This document shows, piece by piece, positions 17,614 to 26,553 of a stretch of DNA of 64,000 nucleotides. The stretch's first letter is position 1. Each line of letters opens with the position of its first letter. The notes beneath the pieces are model-generated. The model saw only the letters and a list, made by a program, of their open reading frames with translations, had not been told where the DNA came from and did not search any database. The stretch covers positions 9,459 through 73,458 of the forward strand of contig DATLQX010000150.1 of NCBI GenBank assembly GCA_035534995.1, read 5' to 3'. Source of the DNA: Chloroflexota bacterium. Its GTDB lineage: Bacteria; Chloroflexota; UBA5177; JANWHV01. A program made the position numbers and the translations under genes.

Positions 17614-20331
17614 ATGCCGCGATCCTCATCACTGGTCCGCCTCCTCGACGGCCTCCTTGAACTGGGATGGCTTTTCATTCTGGTTGGCGTGCCAATCTTC
17701 TTCAATCTGCGCGACTATCGCACCTTCGAGCCCGACAAGATCGTGCTCATGCGGAACACGGTTCTCTTCATGGTGGTCGTGTTGATGATCAAGGGGCTCT
17801 ACCTCGCCCCAATCAATTTCGGGCGCTGGTTTGGGACCCAGGAGGCGCCGCCAAGCGGGAAGCTTCTGGAGGACACTCGTCTGGCCCTGCGCCAGCGGCC
17901 CATTTTCATCGCGGCCCTCGTATTCGGTTTCGTCTATATCCTGGCCACGATCACCAGCATCGCGCCCCGCATCAGTTTTTGGGGCTCCTTTGACCGCCTG
18001 GAGGGCACATATACCTACCTGACCTACATCACGCTGTTCTTAATTCTCGGCAGTCACGTGCGATCCTGGAACCAAGTGGAACGGATCGTGTCGGTGATTA
18101 TCCTGGCCAGTGTGCCGGTCGCCGCCTATAGCTGGCTGCAACATTTCCATAACGATCCGTTCGTCTGGGCGGATGGGAGTCAGACCGCCCTTCGTACCCC
18201 ATCGACCATGGGAAATCCCATTTTCCTGGCGGCTGGGCTCCTGATGGCCGTCCCATTCACCCTGTACCGCCTTGCCCTGTCCGTGCTCCGCCTGATCAAA
18301 ATGGATCTTCAGGACATCACGGGATCCGAACAGCTATGGGGAGCCCTGGCCACGGTCGGGTACCTCGTGGCGCTCTGCCTGCAACTGGGAGGGATTGGCT
18401 TTTCCGGCAGCCGCGGCCCCGCGCTCGGCCTCTTAGCCGCTCTCGTGGTGTTCGGATTCGCCGTGGCCCTGGCCCGGCACATTACCTGGCTTACCCGGTT
18501 ATCCGTGGCGGCGGCGGTCCTGCTTGCCCTCGTGTTCGGGGCGACCAACACGGTGCTTCAAACTTCCAATACTCCCGGCGCCGGCTTCAGCCGCTTCCTG
18601 CACTTGCTTCCCAGTGAGTCTGGCACCTCGGAAGTGCGGTCCCTCCTATGGAAGAGTGCCCCCGGACTGGTGGCGCAGCACCCGATCCTTGGCTGCGGAC
18701 CCGAGGTACTCATTTTTTGCTGGTATCCACATTACCCAGCCGCGCTGCGCACCGTGGAGCTCGCGAATGCCGCCCCGGACCGTAGCCACGACGAAGAGAT
18801 CGATATCTTGCTTACCACGGGCATCGTGGGCGAGATCAGCTATCTGGCCCTGCTGGTGACCGCCGGCTGGACCATGGTACGCCTTCTGCGTCGGGCGCGA
18901 GGCCTGAGGGAGGTACTGCTGGCTTCGGCCTTGTTTGGCGCCTTCATCGGGCACATCGTCGAAGGTGCGACCGGGATCGCGTTCTCGGATACCTTGCTCC
19001 TCCTGTGGACCATCATGGCCCTCCCAGTAGCCTTTATGGCGGGCGGTACGGCCGAGGTCGCCACCCTCTTCGCTGGTCCCCTGGGTACGGACCCCATGGC
19101 ACCCCCCGCGCCCGTGGCTCCCGTGACCCCGCCCCTTGACCCCCGGCAGTCAGCCGGACGGACGGGGCGCCCACCTTCCGGGGCTCGCGCGAGCGCCCGC
19201 GAGCGGAACCGCGTCGGCGGCCCCCGGCCGGGTCCACGTGGGACGACGTTCGTCCCGCGCGCTGACCGCTATTCATTCTCACGGGCCCTGGGAAAGCTGA
19301 AGACCGCCGGCGTGGCCCTGGTCGCCCTGTGCGCCGTTGGGGTTGCCGCGGGGACAATCCTCGCGGTGACCATCTTTGTCGGCAATATACAGCTCATCGC
19401 CGCCGACGCGGATTTCCGTTTCGCCGTGGACGTGGAGACCTCGGCCAATCAACTCGTGACCCAGCAGAACACGCTTCAGGAGGGCCTGAGCTATTATCAG
19501 ATCTCACTGAACTCCTACCAGGCTGCCCTATCCGCCGGTCCCAGTTGGGACTGGCAGCCGCCGGCGGACCTCTATTCGCTCTACTATGGCAAGACGCTCC
19601 TGGAGTACGCCGCCGCTATCATGGTCGATAAGACGAACCCCAACGCCAAGGTGCAGGCGACTGGGGCCGTGCAACAAGCACTCGCGGTGTTTACCACGGC
19701 CATGCACGCGAATCCGTTGAATCCTGACCATCCACGGAATATCGCCAAGCTCTACAACTGGTGGGCCACCACCCTCTCCAGTCCACCCGACACCGCGAAG
19801 CTGAAACTGGCGGCCGCCTTCGATGCCAAGGCATCCTCTCTGGCGCCTCACAATGCCGATATCCTGGATGAATGGGCGCAGAATGATCTGGCTTTAGGGC
19901 AGTACGATACGGCGCATTCCCGTGCCTGGTATGCCGATGCCCAAACCCGGTTGCTCGCCGCCGAGGCGCTTTTCCCCGAGGACGGCGCGGTCTATCGGGA
20001 TCTCGGATCGGTCTATGGGCAGTACGCGATATGGGCCGAGCAAGCGGGGAAGAAGACAGCGGCATTGAAGGAGTACCGTCTGCAGGTGAAAGCGTGGCTG
20101 GGCGCCCTGGAATATGGCGCCCCTGGGTATCCGAAGATCTATGCACCGCTGGCCAATATCTATGCGCTCAAGCTCAATGATCCCTGTAATGCTGCTTTGA
20201 ATGCCCACTTCGCCCTGGTCAATATCGCCAGTGGCAGCTTGAGCGATCCCAATGGCGCGATCAAGGCGCAGATGACGCAACTCACCCAGGCTGCCGCCGC
20301 CACCGGAAAGTGTCCCACCAAGTATCCATGA
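17614..20331 (+). CDS. O-antigen ligase/polymerase-like (Wzy_C-type) membrane protein fused to a Pro-rich linker, extra TM helix and C-terminal TPR-like domain
   Basis: GGCGGAGAG lies upstream of ATG 17614. The N-terminal ~480 aa are polytopic, with GFSGSRGPALGLLAALVVFG typical of O-antigen ligase family loops. They are followed by PPAPVAPVTPPLDP and an Arg-rich linker, a TM helix (VALVALCAVGVAAGTILAVTIFV), then helical repeats rich in A/L/Y/N. The ORF-track start at 17065 overlaps the preceding gene and is rejected. Confidence 0.7.
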   Translation: MPRSSSLVRLLDGLLELGWLFILVGVPIFFNLRDYRTFEPDKIVLMRNTVLFMVVVLMIKGLYLAPINFGRWFGTQEAPPSGKLLEDTRLALRQRPIFIAALVFGFVYILATITSIAPRISFWGSFDRLEGTYTYLTYITLFLILGSHVRSWNQVERIVSVIILASVPVAAYSWLQHFHNDPFVWADGSQTALRTPSTMGNPIFLAAGLLMAVPFTLYRLALSVLRLIKMDLQDITGSEQLWGALATVGYLVALCLQLGGIGFSGSRGPALGLLAALVVFGFAVALARHITWLTRLSVAAAVLLALVFGATNTVLQTSNTPGAGFSRFLHLLPSESGTSEVRSLLWKSAPGLVAQHPILGCGPEVLIFCWYPHYPAALRTVELANAAPDRSHDEEIDILLTTGIVGEISYLALLVTAGWTMVRLLRRARGLREVLLASALFGAFIGHIVEGATGIAFSDTLLLLWTIMALPVAFMAGGTAEVATLFAGPLGTDPMAPPAPVAPVTPPLDPRQSAGRTGRPPSGARASARERNRVGGPRPGPRGTTFVPRADRYSFSRALGKLKTAGVALVALCAVGVAAGTILAVTIFVGNIQLIAADADFRFAVDVETSANQLVTQQNTLQEGLSYYQISLNSYQAALSAGPSWDWQPPADLYSLYYGKTLLEYAAAIMVDKTNPNAKVQATGAVQQALAVFTTAMHANPLNPDHPRNIAKLYNWWATTLSSPPDTAKLKLAAAFDAKASSLAPHNADILDEWAQNDLALGQYDTAHSRAWYADAQTRLLAAEALFPEDGAVYRDLGSVYGQYAIWAEQAGKKTAALKEYRLQVKAWLGALEYGAPGYPKIYAPLANIYALKLNDPCNAALNAHFALVNIASGSLSDPNGAIKAQMTQLTQAAAATGKCPTKYP

Positions 20332-21473
20332 TGACCTATGGCCTTACCTTCTTCCTGTCCCTCATGGCGGCGCTGGCAGCCACGCCCCTAGCCCGGCGTG
20401 CCGCCATCTCGCTGGATATAGTTGATCATCCGGGAGGACGGAAGGCTCATCACGCTCCTATTCCTTACCTGGGCGGGGTGGCTATCTATCTGGCCTTCAT
20501 CGCTATCCTGGCGGCGGGCTGGGCCGCGCAGGGCCATGCCAGTGGGATGGCCAAGGCAACCGGACAGCTGGTCGCCCTGGTAGGCGGCGCCTCCCTGATG
20601 GCCCTTCTCGGCCTCCTGGACGATTGGTACGACTTGCCGGCCCTGGTAAAGCTGGGGGGTCAGCTGCTGGGAGCAGCCATATTGGTACGGGCGGGAATCA
20701 CCATCCACTTCAACCATCCCCAGTTTTCCATGCTGGAGACCCCGATTACCATCGTGTGGGTGGTGGGGATCACCAACGCCCTCAACCTCATGGACAACAT
20801 GGATGGCCTGGCGGTCGGCACCGCCGGGATCGCGGCCTGCTTCTTTCTCCTGCATGCCATTCTGGCCCTACCGGCCCAGTCCCTGGTGGCGACGCTCTCG
20901 GCCGCCCTCGCCGGTGCCTGCTTCGGATTCCTCTACTACAATTGGAGCCCGGCTCGGATCTTCATGGGAGACGCGGGATCGCTCTTTCTGGGCTACCTGT
21001 TGGCTGCCGTCGCCCTGAAACTTAGTCTCACCCCCACCACGCCTCAACTGGCGCGCCTGGCCGTGGCGGCCGGCTACTCCTCGACCGTCGGCCAGAGTCT
21101 GCACGCCATTGCCCTGCTCGCCCCAGTCTATGTGCTCGGTCTCCCCATCTTCGACACGTCGCTGGTGGTGATCTCCCGTCTCCGGCGCGGAGTACCGGTC
21201 TCCCAGGGCGGCAGCGATCATGTGTCCCACCGGTTGGTCGGGGCGGGACTCAGCCATCGCGAAGCGGTGTTGAGCCTCTATCTGGCCTCCTGTGCCCTGG
21301 GGGGGCTGAGCTTGCTGCTGACCCGTGCGAATCTGAAAGAGGGACTGGCGGTCAGCGTCGTCACCATTCTGATTGCCATCGCCCTAATGACGCGCTTTGA
21401 GCAGTTGTACGCGGTCCAGAGCCGCGACCGGATTCCGACCGCCCTGGCTGATCCGAGCCCGAACCTTTCCTGA
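20328..21473 (+). CDS. Polyprenyl-phosphate N-acetylhexosamine-1-phosphate transferase (MraY/WecA family, GT4 of the PNPT superfamily)
   Basis: LGLLDDWYDL, ITNALNLMDNMDGLA and IFMGDAGSLFLGY are PNPT signatures. The start forms an ATGA overlap with the upstream stop. Confidence 0.85.
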   Translation: MMTYGLTFFLSLMAALAATPLARRAAISLDIVDHPGGRKAHHAPIPYLGGVAIYLAFIAILAAGWAAQGHASGMAKATGQLVALVGGASLMALLGLLDDWYDLPALVKLGGQLLGAAILVRAGITIHFNHPQFSMLETPITIVWVVGITNALNLMDNMDGLAVGTAGIAACFFLLHAILALPAQSLVATLSAALAGACFGFLYYNWSPARIFMGDAGSLFLGYLLAAVALKLSLTPTTPQLARLAVAAGYSSTVGQSLHAIALLAPVYVLGLPIFDTSLVVISRLRRGVPVSQGGSDHVSHRLVGAGLSHREAVLSLYLASCALGGLSLLLTRANLKEGLAVSVVTILIAIALMTRFEQLYAVQSRDRIPTALADPSPNLS

Positions 21474-21521
21474 CCCGGCATCCGGCCTCTTACCCACGCA
21501 TCCGTACGCAAGGAGAAACCC

Positions 21522-22508
21522 ATGGCCTTTCCTGAAACCAGGCCGCGCAGACTCCGCCGAACCCCAGCCCTCCGCGCCATGGTCCGCGAAACGCACCTGA
21601 GTCCTGATGACTTTATCGCGCCGCTCTTTTTCGACGCCCGCCTTACTATCCCCCAGGCCATTGATGCCATGCCAGGCCAGGATCGGTGGCCGACCGCATT
21701 CGCGGAGCAAGCCTGCGCGCCCCTGGTGGAGGCTGGTGTGCGCGCCGTACTGCTCTTTGGCCTGCCCGATGCCAAGGACGCGGTGGGCAGCAGTGGCAGC
21801 CGGCCGGATGGAGTGGTCCAGACGGCCATCCTCGCCATTAAGCAAGCCTTCCCTGATCTCTACGTCATTACCGATGTCTGCCTGTGTGAATACACCGACC
21901 ATGGGCATTGCGGCATGCTGGATGGCGACACGGTGGACAATGACCGCACTCTGCCTCTGCTGGCCCGCCAGGCGCTCTCGCATGTGGAAGCGGGGGCGGA
22001 CATGGTGGCGCCATCCGACATGATGGACGGCCGAGTGGGCGCCCTCCGGGCCGCGCTCGACGCGGAGGGGCATACTGGGGTGCCTATCATGGCTTATTCC
22101 GCCAAGTATGCCTCCGCCTTTTATGGTCCATTCCGCGAGGCGGCGGAATCCACTCCAGCCTTTGGCGATCGGCGGTCGTATCAAATGGACCCAGGCAATG
22201 CCCGTGATGCGCTGGTCGAGGTGGCGCAGGATCTGGCCGAAGGGGCGGACATGGTCATGGTAAAGCCAGCTCTTCCTTATTTGGACGTGCTCCGCCAGGT
22301 GCGTGACGCGGTCAAGTGTCCGGTTGCCGCCTATAACGTGAGCGGAGAATATAGTATGATCATGGCGGCGGCGCGCGCTGGGTGGATCGATGAGGATCGA
22401 ACTATTCGGGAAGTGCTCACCGGGATCAAACGGGCCGGCGCCGATCTGATTATCTCGTATCATAGCTTGTATGCGGCCCGCCAGTTGCGCGCGGGCGCCT
22501 GGGAGTAG
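21522..22508 (+). CDS. hemB: Porphobilinogen synthase (delta-aminolevulinate dehydratase)
   Basis: RPRRLRRTPALRAMVRET, a Cys-rich Zn site DVCLCEYTDHGHCG, APSDMMDGRV and MVKPALPYLD are present. AAGGAGAAACCC lies upstream of the ATG. Confidence 0.95.
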   Translation: MAFPETRPRRLRRTPALRAMVRETHLSPDDFIAPLFFDARLTIPQAIDAMPGQDRWPTAFAEQACAPLVEAGVRAVLLFGLPDAKDAVGSSGSRPDGVVQTAILAIKQAFPDLYVITDVCLCEYTDHGHCGMLDGDTVDNDRTLPLLARQALSHVEAGADMVAPSDMMDGRVGALRAALDAEGHTGVPIMAYSAKYASAFYGPFREAAESTPAFGDRRSYQMDPGNARDALVEVAQDLAEGADMVMVKPALPYLDVLRQVRDAVKCPVAAYNVSGEYSMIMAAARAGWIDEDRTIREVLTGIKRAGADLIISYHSLYAARQLRAGAWE

Positions 22509-22825
22509 CTGGTAATATGGTCGTTGGCATCGCGGTTTCGCTCATGGAACTGATACCTGGCCGCTGGCCTGACCCAGTTTTCGTGGGCGAAGCCTGAGCG
22601 CGAGCCTGCGTCATGACCCGCGCGGAGCCCCGGAGCGGGGCGGAGCGGAAGACTGGGATCCCCGAACCGCCGGCGGCCACTATGTCTTTCTGGTGTTGCG
22701 GCCCGAGCGGATCCAGGCATGGAGAGAAGCCAACGAATTGGCGGGCCGGACGCTCATGCGTGCCGGCTCTTGGGTCGTCTAACGCCCGCGATTTCCCAGG
22801 CGGTTTGACCTGACCGTCACCGCTG

Positions 22826-23347
22826 TTAGGGCGGATCTTTCATTGGAGACTCGCATGGTTTCTCCATCGAGGTCACCCGGCGCGCGAGTTCCGCCTCGTT
22901 GGGATAGCGCATCATCCTCAAGGCATCACCGAGCGGAAACCAGCGGGCGAAATCGTATTCATGGTCGTGGAGGGCCGTGTCACCGCCTATCGCCACCATC
23001 GTATAATACACCACTCGCTTCCGGTAGCGGACTCCACGTTCCATGAAGGAATACGCGATGGCGCCCGCGTAACCGGTAATGGCCACCTCCAGGCCGGTCT
23101 CCTCGCGCACCTCGCGGAGGGCGGTATGTTGGGTCGTTTCACCCGCCACCGGCGTGCCCTTTGGCAGAGCCCACAATTGACCTCCCTTGGCCTGCTGGGC
23201 TCGCCCAACCAGAAGGATTTCCCGCGCGTCACACTGGCCGCGCAGCACGATACCACCGGCGGAGAAAGCGTGTACCACCCGCTTGGCCCGCGCTCCCTGC
23301 CCACTGGCCGCCTCGGCAACTCGGGCAGCCGGTTCATCGGTAGCCAT
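22826..23347 (-). CDS. NUDIX hydrolase
   Basis: The complete Nudix box is GTPVAGETTQHTALREVREETGL (Gx5Ex7REUxEExGU). ATG 23347 lies 5 nt after the tatD stop. Confidence 0.85.
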   Translation of the reverse strand: MATDEPAARVAEAASGQGARAKRVVHAFSAGGIVLRGQCDAREILLVGRAQQAKGGQLWALPKGTPVAGETTQHTALREVREETGLEVAITGYAGAIAYSFMERGVRYRKRVVYYTMVAIGGDTALHDHEYDFARWFPLGDALRMMRYPNEAELARRVTSMEKPCESPMKDPP

Positions 23348-23352
23348 TCCGT

Positions 23353-24153
23353 TCACCAGCCAAACAGCGTCGCCGAGTTCGCGACTATGCGCTGAGCCAG
23401 TTCGGCCGGCTCCCGCTTCATACAAGCGGCGAGGACACGTAGGGTGTGGACAACGTACGCTGGTTGATTTGGCGAGCCACGATGCGGCACGGGGCTCAGG
23501 TACGGAGTATCGGTCTCCACCAGTACTCGATCCAATGGGATCGCCCCTGCTGTCTCACGCAGAGGTCCCGCACTCGGATAGGTGAGATTTCCGGCGAAGG
23601 AGAGATAATACCCCAGTTTCAGCGCCTGCTCCGCGAATGAAGGAGTCCCGGAGAAACAGTGCAGGACGCCGCGGACCTGACCACTGAACTGATTCAGGAT
23701 CTCCAGGATGTCGGCATCCGCGGCCCGATTGTGAATGACGATTGGCAAGTCGCGCTCGGCCGCCAGTTTGAAGTGGGCAAGGAGCGAGGCACGCTGCGAG
23801 GCGCGATCCGTGCGATCTCGGTAGTAGTCGAGACCGGTCTCTCCAATGGCCCGCACGCGAGGATGCGAAGCCAGCTTGCACAGCGCCGGCCAATCGTCCG
23901 CGGGATCAAGGTCGTTGGGATGGATCCCCACGCCCGCGAACACCTCGGGAAACCGGAGCGCCTGCTCCACGGCCGCCGAGCTCGTTCGTACCGTGGTTCC
24001 CACCGCCAGCACGCGGATCACACTGGTGGCACGCGCGGTTCCAATGAGGGTCTCGGGATCGACCTCGGCGTATCCGGTGAGATGGGCATGCGTATCCACC
24101 AACGGATACCCATGGATCGCTCCCTCCGAATTCGCCTCGGCAGCCTCAACCAT
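23353..24153 (-). CDS. tatD: TatD family metal-dependent hydrolase (DNase)
   Basis: LVDTHAHL, GETGLDYY, PIVIHNRAA, VLHCFSG and VETDTPYL are the TatD motifs. GGAG lies 7 nt upstream of the ATG. Confidence 0.9.
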   Translation of the reverse strand: MVEAAEANSEGAIHGYPLVDTHAHLTGYAEVDPETLIGTARATSVIRVLAVGTTVRTSSAAVEQALRFPEVFAGVGIHPNDLDPADDWPALCKLASHPRVRAIGETGLDYYRDRTDRASQRASLLAHFKLAAERDLPIVIHNRAADADILEILNQFSGQVRGVLHCFSGTPSFAEQALKLGYYLSFAGNLTYPSAGPLRETAGAIPLDRVLVETDTPYLSPVPHRGSPNQPAYVVHTLRVLAACMKREPAELAQRIVANSATLFGW

Positions 24154-24236
24154 CTTTCATCTCCAGGTTGCCACACACAGGGCGATACGGCTGCCCCTCG
24201 GCGCGCGCGTCTCCCGTGCGTTTCTCAGTGCAGGGC

Positions 24237-24261
24237 GAAGGCCGCCAGATGGGCGGCCTTC
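24237..24261 (-). terminator. GC-rich hairpin in the HIT-tatD spacer (candidate terminator/processing structure)
   Basis: GAAGGCCGCC (24237-24246) and GGCGGCCTTC (24252-24261) form a perfect 10-bp stem with a 5-nt loop. There is no U-tract. Confidence 0.35.
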
Positions 24262-24423
24262 CGAGTTCCCTCAACTGTATAATACCCCGTCCTGTACTCC
24301 AGGACATCCAGTCCCAGGACAAGCACCGGCTCCCATCATGGAAACCGGGAGGGATATGGGCAGTTCTACCCACCTGCTTAGTCTCTGCGGCATGGGGCGA
24401 TTGAAGCGCGCTCGCCTGAGAAA

Positions 24424-24765
24424 TTAGCCAGGAGGCCAACCAAGGGCGCGCTGTCCAAGGACATGAAGATGAAGATGCGGGACGGTTTGCCCGCCATGAT
24501 CGCCCTGATTCACCACCACGCGAAAGCCCTGGTCGAGCCTCTCAATGGACACAACCTGTTGCACCGCCGCCATTAAGTCATTCCACAAGCCGTCACTCGC
24601 CGGCAATTCCGCCAGACCGGGCACATGGCGGCGGGGAAGTATCAGAATATGGGTCGGGGCCTGCGGGCTGACGTCCCGTATGGCAATTACCCTTTCATGG
24701 TCGAGTACGCGGGTCGCGGGGATCTCGCCCGCCACGATTCGACAAAAAACACAATGGTCGTTCAT
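24424..24765 (-). CDS. Histidine triad (HIT) family nucleotide hydrolase
   Basis: CVFCRIVAGEIPA and the HIT motif HLHLHVLG are present. Confidence 0.9.
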   Translation of the reverse strand: MNDHCVFCRIVAGEIPATRVLDHERVIAIRDVSPQAPTHILILPRRHVPGLAELPASDGLWNDLMAAVQQVVSIERLDQGFRVVVNQGDHGGQTVPHLHLHVLGQRALGWPPG

Positions 24766-24963
24766 GGCTGTGTAAGTCCTCTCGGCGCACGATGGAAGCT
24801 CTATCAGGGTGTGTCTTTTTCTATTCTATCGTTGGGTAGAGTTTAGTTGTGCTATGGAATTATTAGTTATGTGCTGTTCGCGAGGAAACATCGCGCTGAC
24901 CACTCGTCCCGTGGTCGGGTACCATACGGGAAAGAATAGGCACAGGTTCAGTTCGGAGACGCC

Positions 24964-26553
24964 ATGCAGAAGGGAGCAGTCCCCCGCGTCCAGGGGTTTC
25001 ATGATCATTTTGGCGGGCGCTACCAGCACCTACGGCGCATGGTGGATAGCCTTACCACGTCCTTTGACCGGCATGGGTTTGCCCTCATGGAGGTTCCTCT
25101 GGTCGAAGGACTCGATCTCTATCTTCGCAAGAATGGGGCCCAGGTACTGTCCAGACTTTATAGTTTCATCGACCCCGATCGCGGGGAGGTGGCCCTGCGG
25201 CCCGAGTATACGGCCTCGGTCATTCGAGCCCTGGCCTCCGCCAGGGAAATCACCGACCAGCCCTGGCGCGTCTCCTATGCTGGACCAGTGTTTCGTAACG
25301 CTCCCGGCCAGGAAGGCGAGTCACGCCAATTCACGCAGGCCGGCATCGAGATCCTGGGTGATAGCTCGGTCGTTGCCGATGCCGAGGTTCTGGCCCTCGC
25401 CTGTCGCGCCGTGCGCGACGCCGGCTTGCCACGAGTGCGGCTGGTGGTGGGGCATCTGGGACCACTCCGTACCCTTCTTGCCCATCTCAAGGTGAACGGG
25501 CAGGCCGAGGGCTACCTCCTCGAACATCTAGAGCATCGCTACCGGGGTGGAACTGGGGATGAAACAGTTCGCCGAAGACTTGGCTTGCAGTCACACGAGG
25601 GAGAAGGATTGCTTGATTCCGAGGCGTTGCCGGAGCACCTGGCGGAGGCGGTGCGGGGCGCCACGCCAGAGGAGGCGCGGGTACTGGTGCTCACCATGCT
25701 GGACCAGATGGGTCTAAGCATCGAAGGCACTACACGTACTCCCGATGAAATCATCGATCGAGTCCTGCTCAAGGCGCGGCGCCATGCGGCGCTTCGTGGC
25801 GGAAGGGGCCGGGAGGATCTTGAGCGTGCTCTGGATTTCACGGAGCAACTGAGTACTCTCCGAGGCAATCCCGATGAGATCATGCCGCGGGCTGAAGCAC
25901 TCATGGCCCACTACCAGGTGCCGCCGGAGGCCCTGGATGAGTTGCGGGAAGTGCTTGATCTTCTGCGACTGTACGAACTGGATGGAGTCACCATTGAACT
26001 GGCGCCGGGCATGGCCCGTGGCATCGCCTATTATAGTGGTCTCATCTTCGAATTGTATGGCGATCAATCAGCCCTGGGCCAGCCGGGAGCGCAAATCTGC
26101 GGCGGAGGCCGTTACGACATGCTGGCGTCCGCTATTACCGGAGGCCATGGCTTCCCGGCTCTGGGCTTCTCCTTCAACGTCGAAGCACTGGCTGCCGTCG
26201 TACCCCCCAATCCGTCGCCCTCCGATGGGCGGATCGGACTGATCGTACATGAGCCTGGTCAGAGGCGCGTCGCGTACCGCATGGCAAACCATCTGCGCGC
26301 ACGCGGCTTTCCGGTCACCACGCACGAGCCGGGCAATTCTTCCGTCCCGGAGCGCCATCTCCGCGACAATGGTTACGCGGCGGTCGTGATTCTCCCGCTT
26401 CCCCAGGCTGCTCGCGCACGGACCGAGATTCTCGTGTTTGAGAGTCGGGAGGATCATGCCCGCCTGGAGGAGGTTCTGGCCATAGCCATTGAGGAATGCG
26501 GCTTCCCAGTTGAGTGTCCAGACTTGATCGTGGCGGGGGAGGTTGGCCAGTGA
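24964..26553 (+). CDS. hisZ: Histidyl-tRNA-synthetase paralogue, HisZ-like (putative ATP-PRT regulatory subunit) with retained anticodon-binding-like C-terminal domain
   Basis: The class-II HisRS core is present: LRPEYTASVIRAL, FRNAPGQEGESRQFTQAGIEILG, AYYSGLIFELY and GGGRYD. Motif 3 is degenerate: GFSFNVEAL instead of GFxxGxERL, so the ATP-binding Arg is lost. A C-terminal ~110 aa resembles the HGTP anticodon-binding fold. The stop overlaps the hisG GTG start (GTGA). Confidence 0.7.
   Translation: MQKGAVPRVQGFHDHFGGRYQHLRRMVDSLTTSFDRHGFALMEVPLVEGLDLYLRKNGAQVLSRLYSFIDPDRGEVALRPEYTASVIRALASAREITDQPWRVSYAGPVFRNAPGQEGESRQFTQAGIEILGDSSVVADAEVLALACRAVRDAGLPRVRLVVGHLGPLRTLLAHLKVNGQAEGYLLEHLEHRYRGGTGDETVRRRLGLQSHEGEGLLDSEALPEHLAEAVRGATPEEARVLVLTMLDQMGLSIEGTTRTPDEIIDRVLLKARRHAALRGGRGREDLERALDFTEQLSTLRGNPDEIMPRAEALMAHYQVPPEALDELREVLDLLRLYELDGVTIELAPGMARGIAYYSGLIFELYGDQSALGQPGAQICGGGRYDMLASAITGGHGFPALGFSFNVEALAAVVPPNPSPSDGRIGLIVHEPGQRRVAYRMANHLRARGFPVTTHEPGNSSVPERHLRDNGYAAVVILPLPQAARARTEILVFESREDHARLEEVLAIAIEECGFPVECPDLIVAGEVGQ

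Noticed and set aside
21384-22463. 359-aa minus-strand ORF antisense to hemB, and similar long shadow ORFs at 30906-32012 (+), 35147-35965 (-), 15074-15961 (+), 15618-16424 (-), 56416-57522 (+) and 61557-62402 (-)
   Set aside because: Each lies fully inside a gene with strong family motifs on the other strand or frame. All have Arg/Gly/Pro/His-rich composition and no recognisable domains.
24766-24963. Possible T-box or histidine attenuator leader upstream of the hisZ-like gene (an AT-rich 198-nt region with small stems such as GACCAC-tcgtccc-GTGGTC)
   Set aside because: I could not find the conserved T-box sequence (AANNNGGGUGGNACCGCG-like), a specifier-loop arrangement, or a His-codon-rich leader peptide. 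The region is short for a canonical T-box and is more simply a divergent promoter region.
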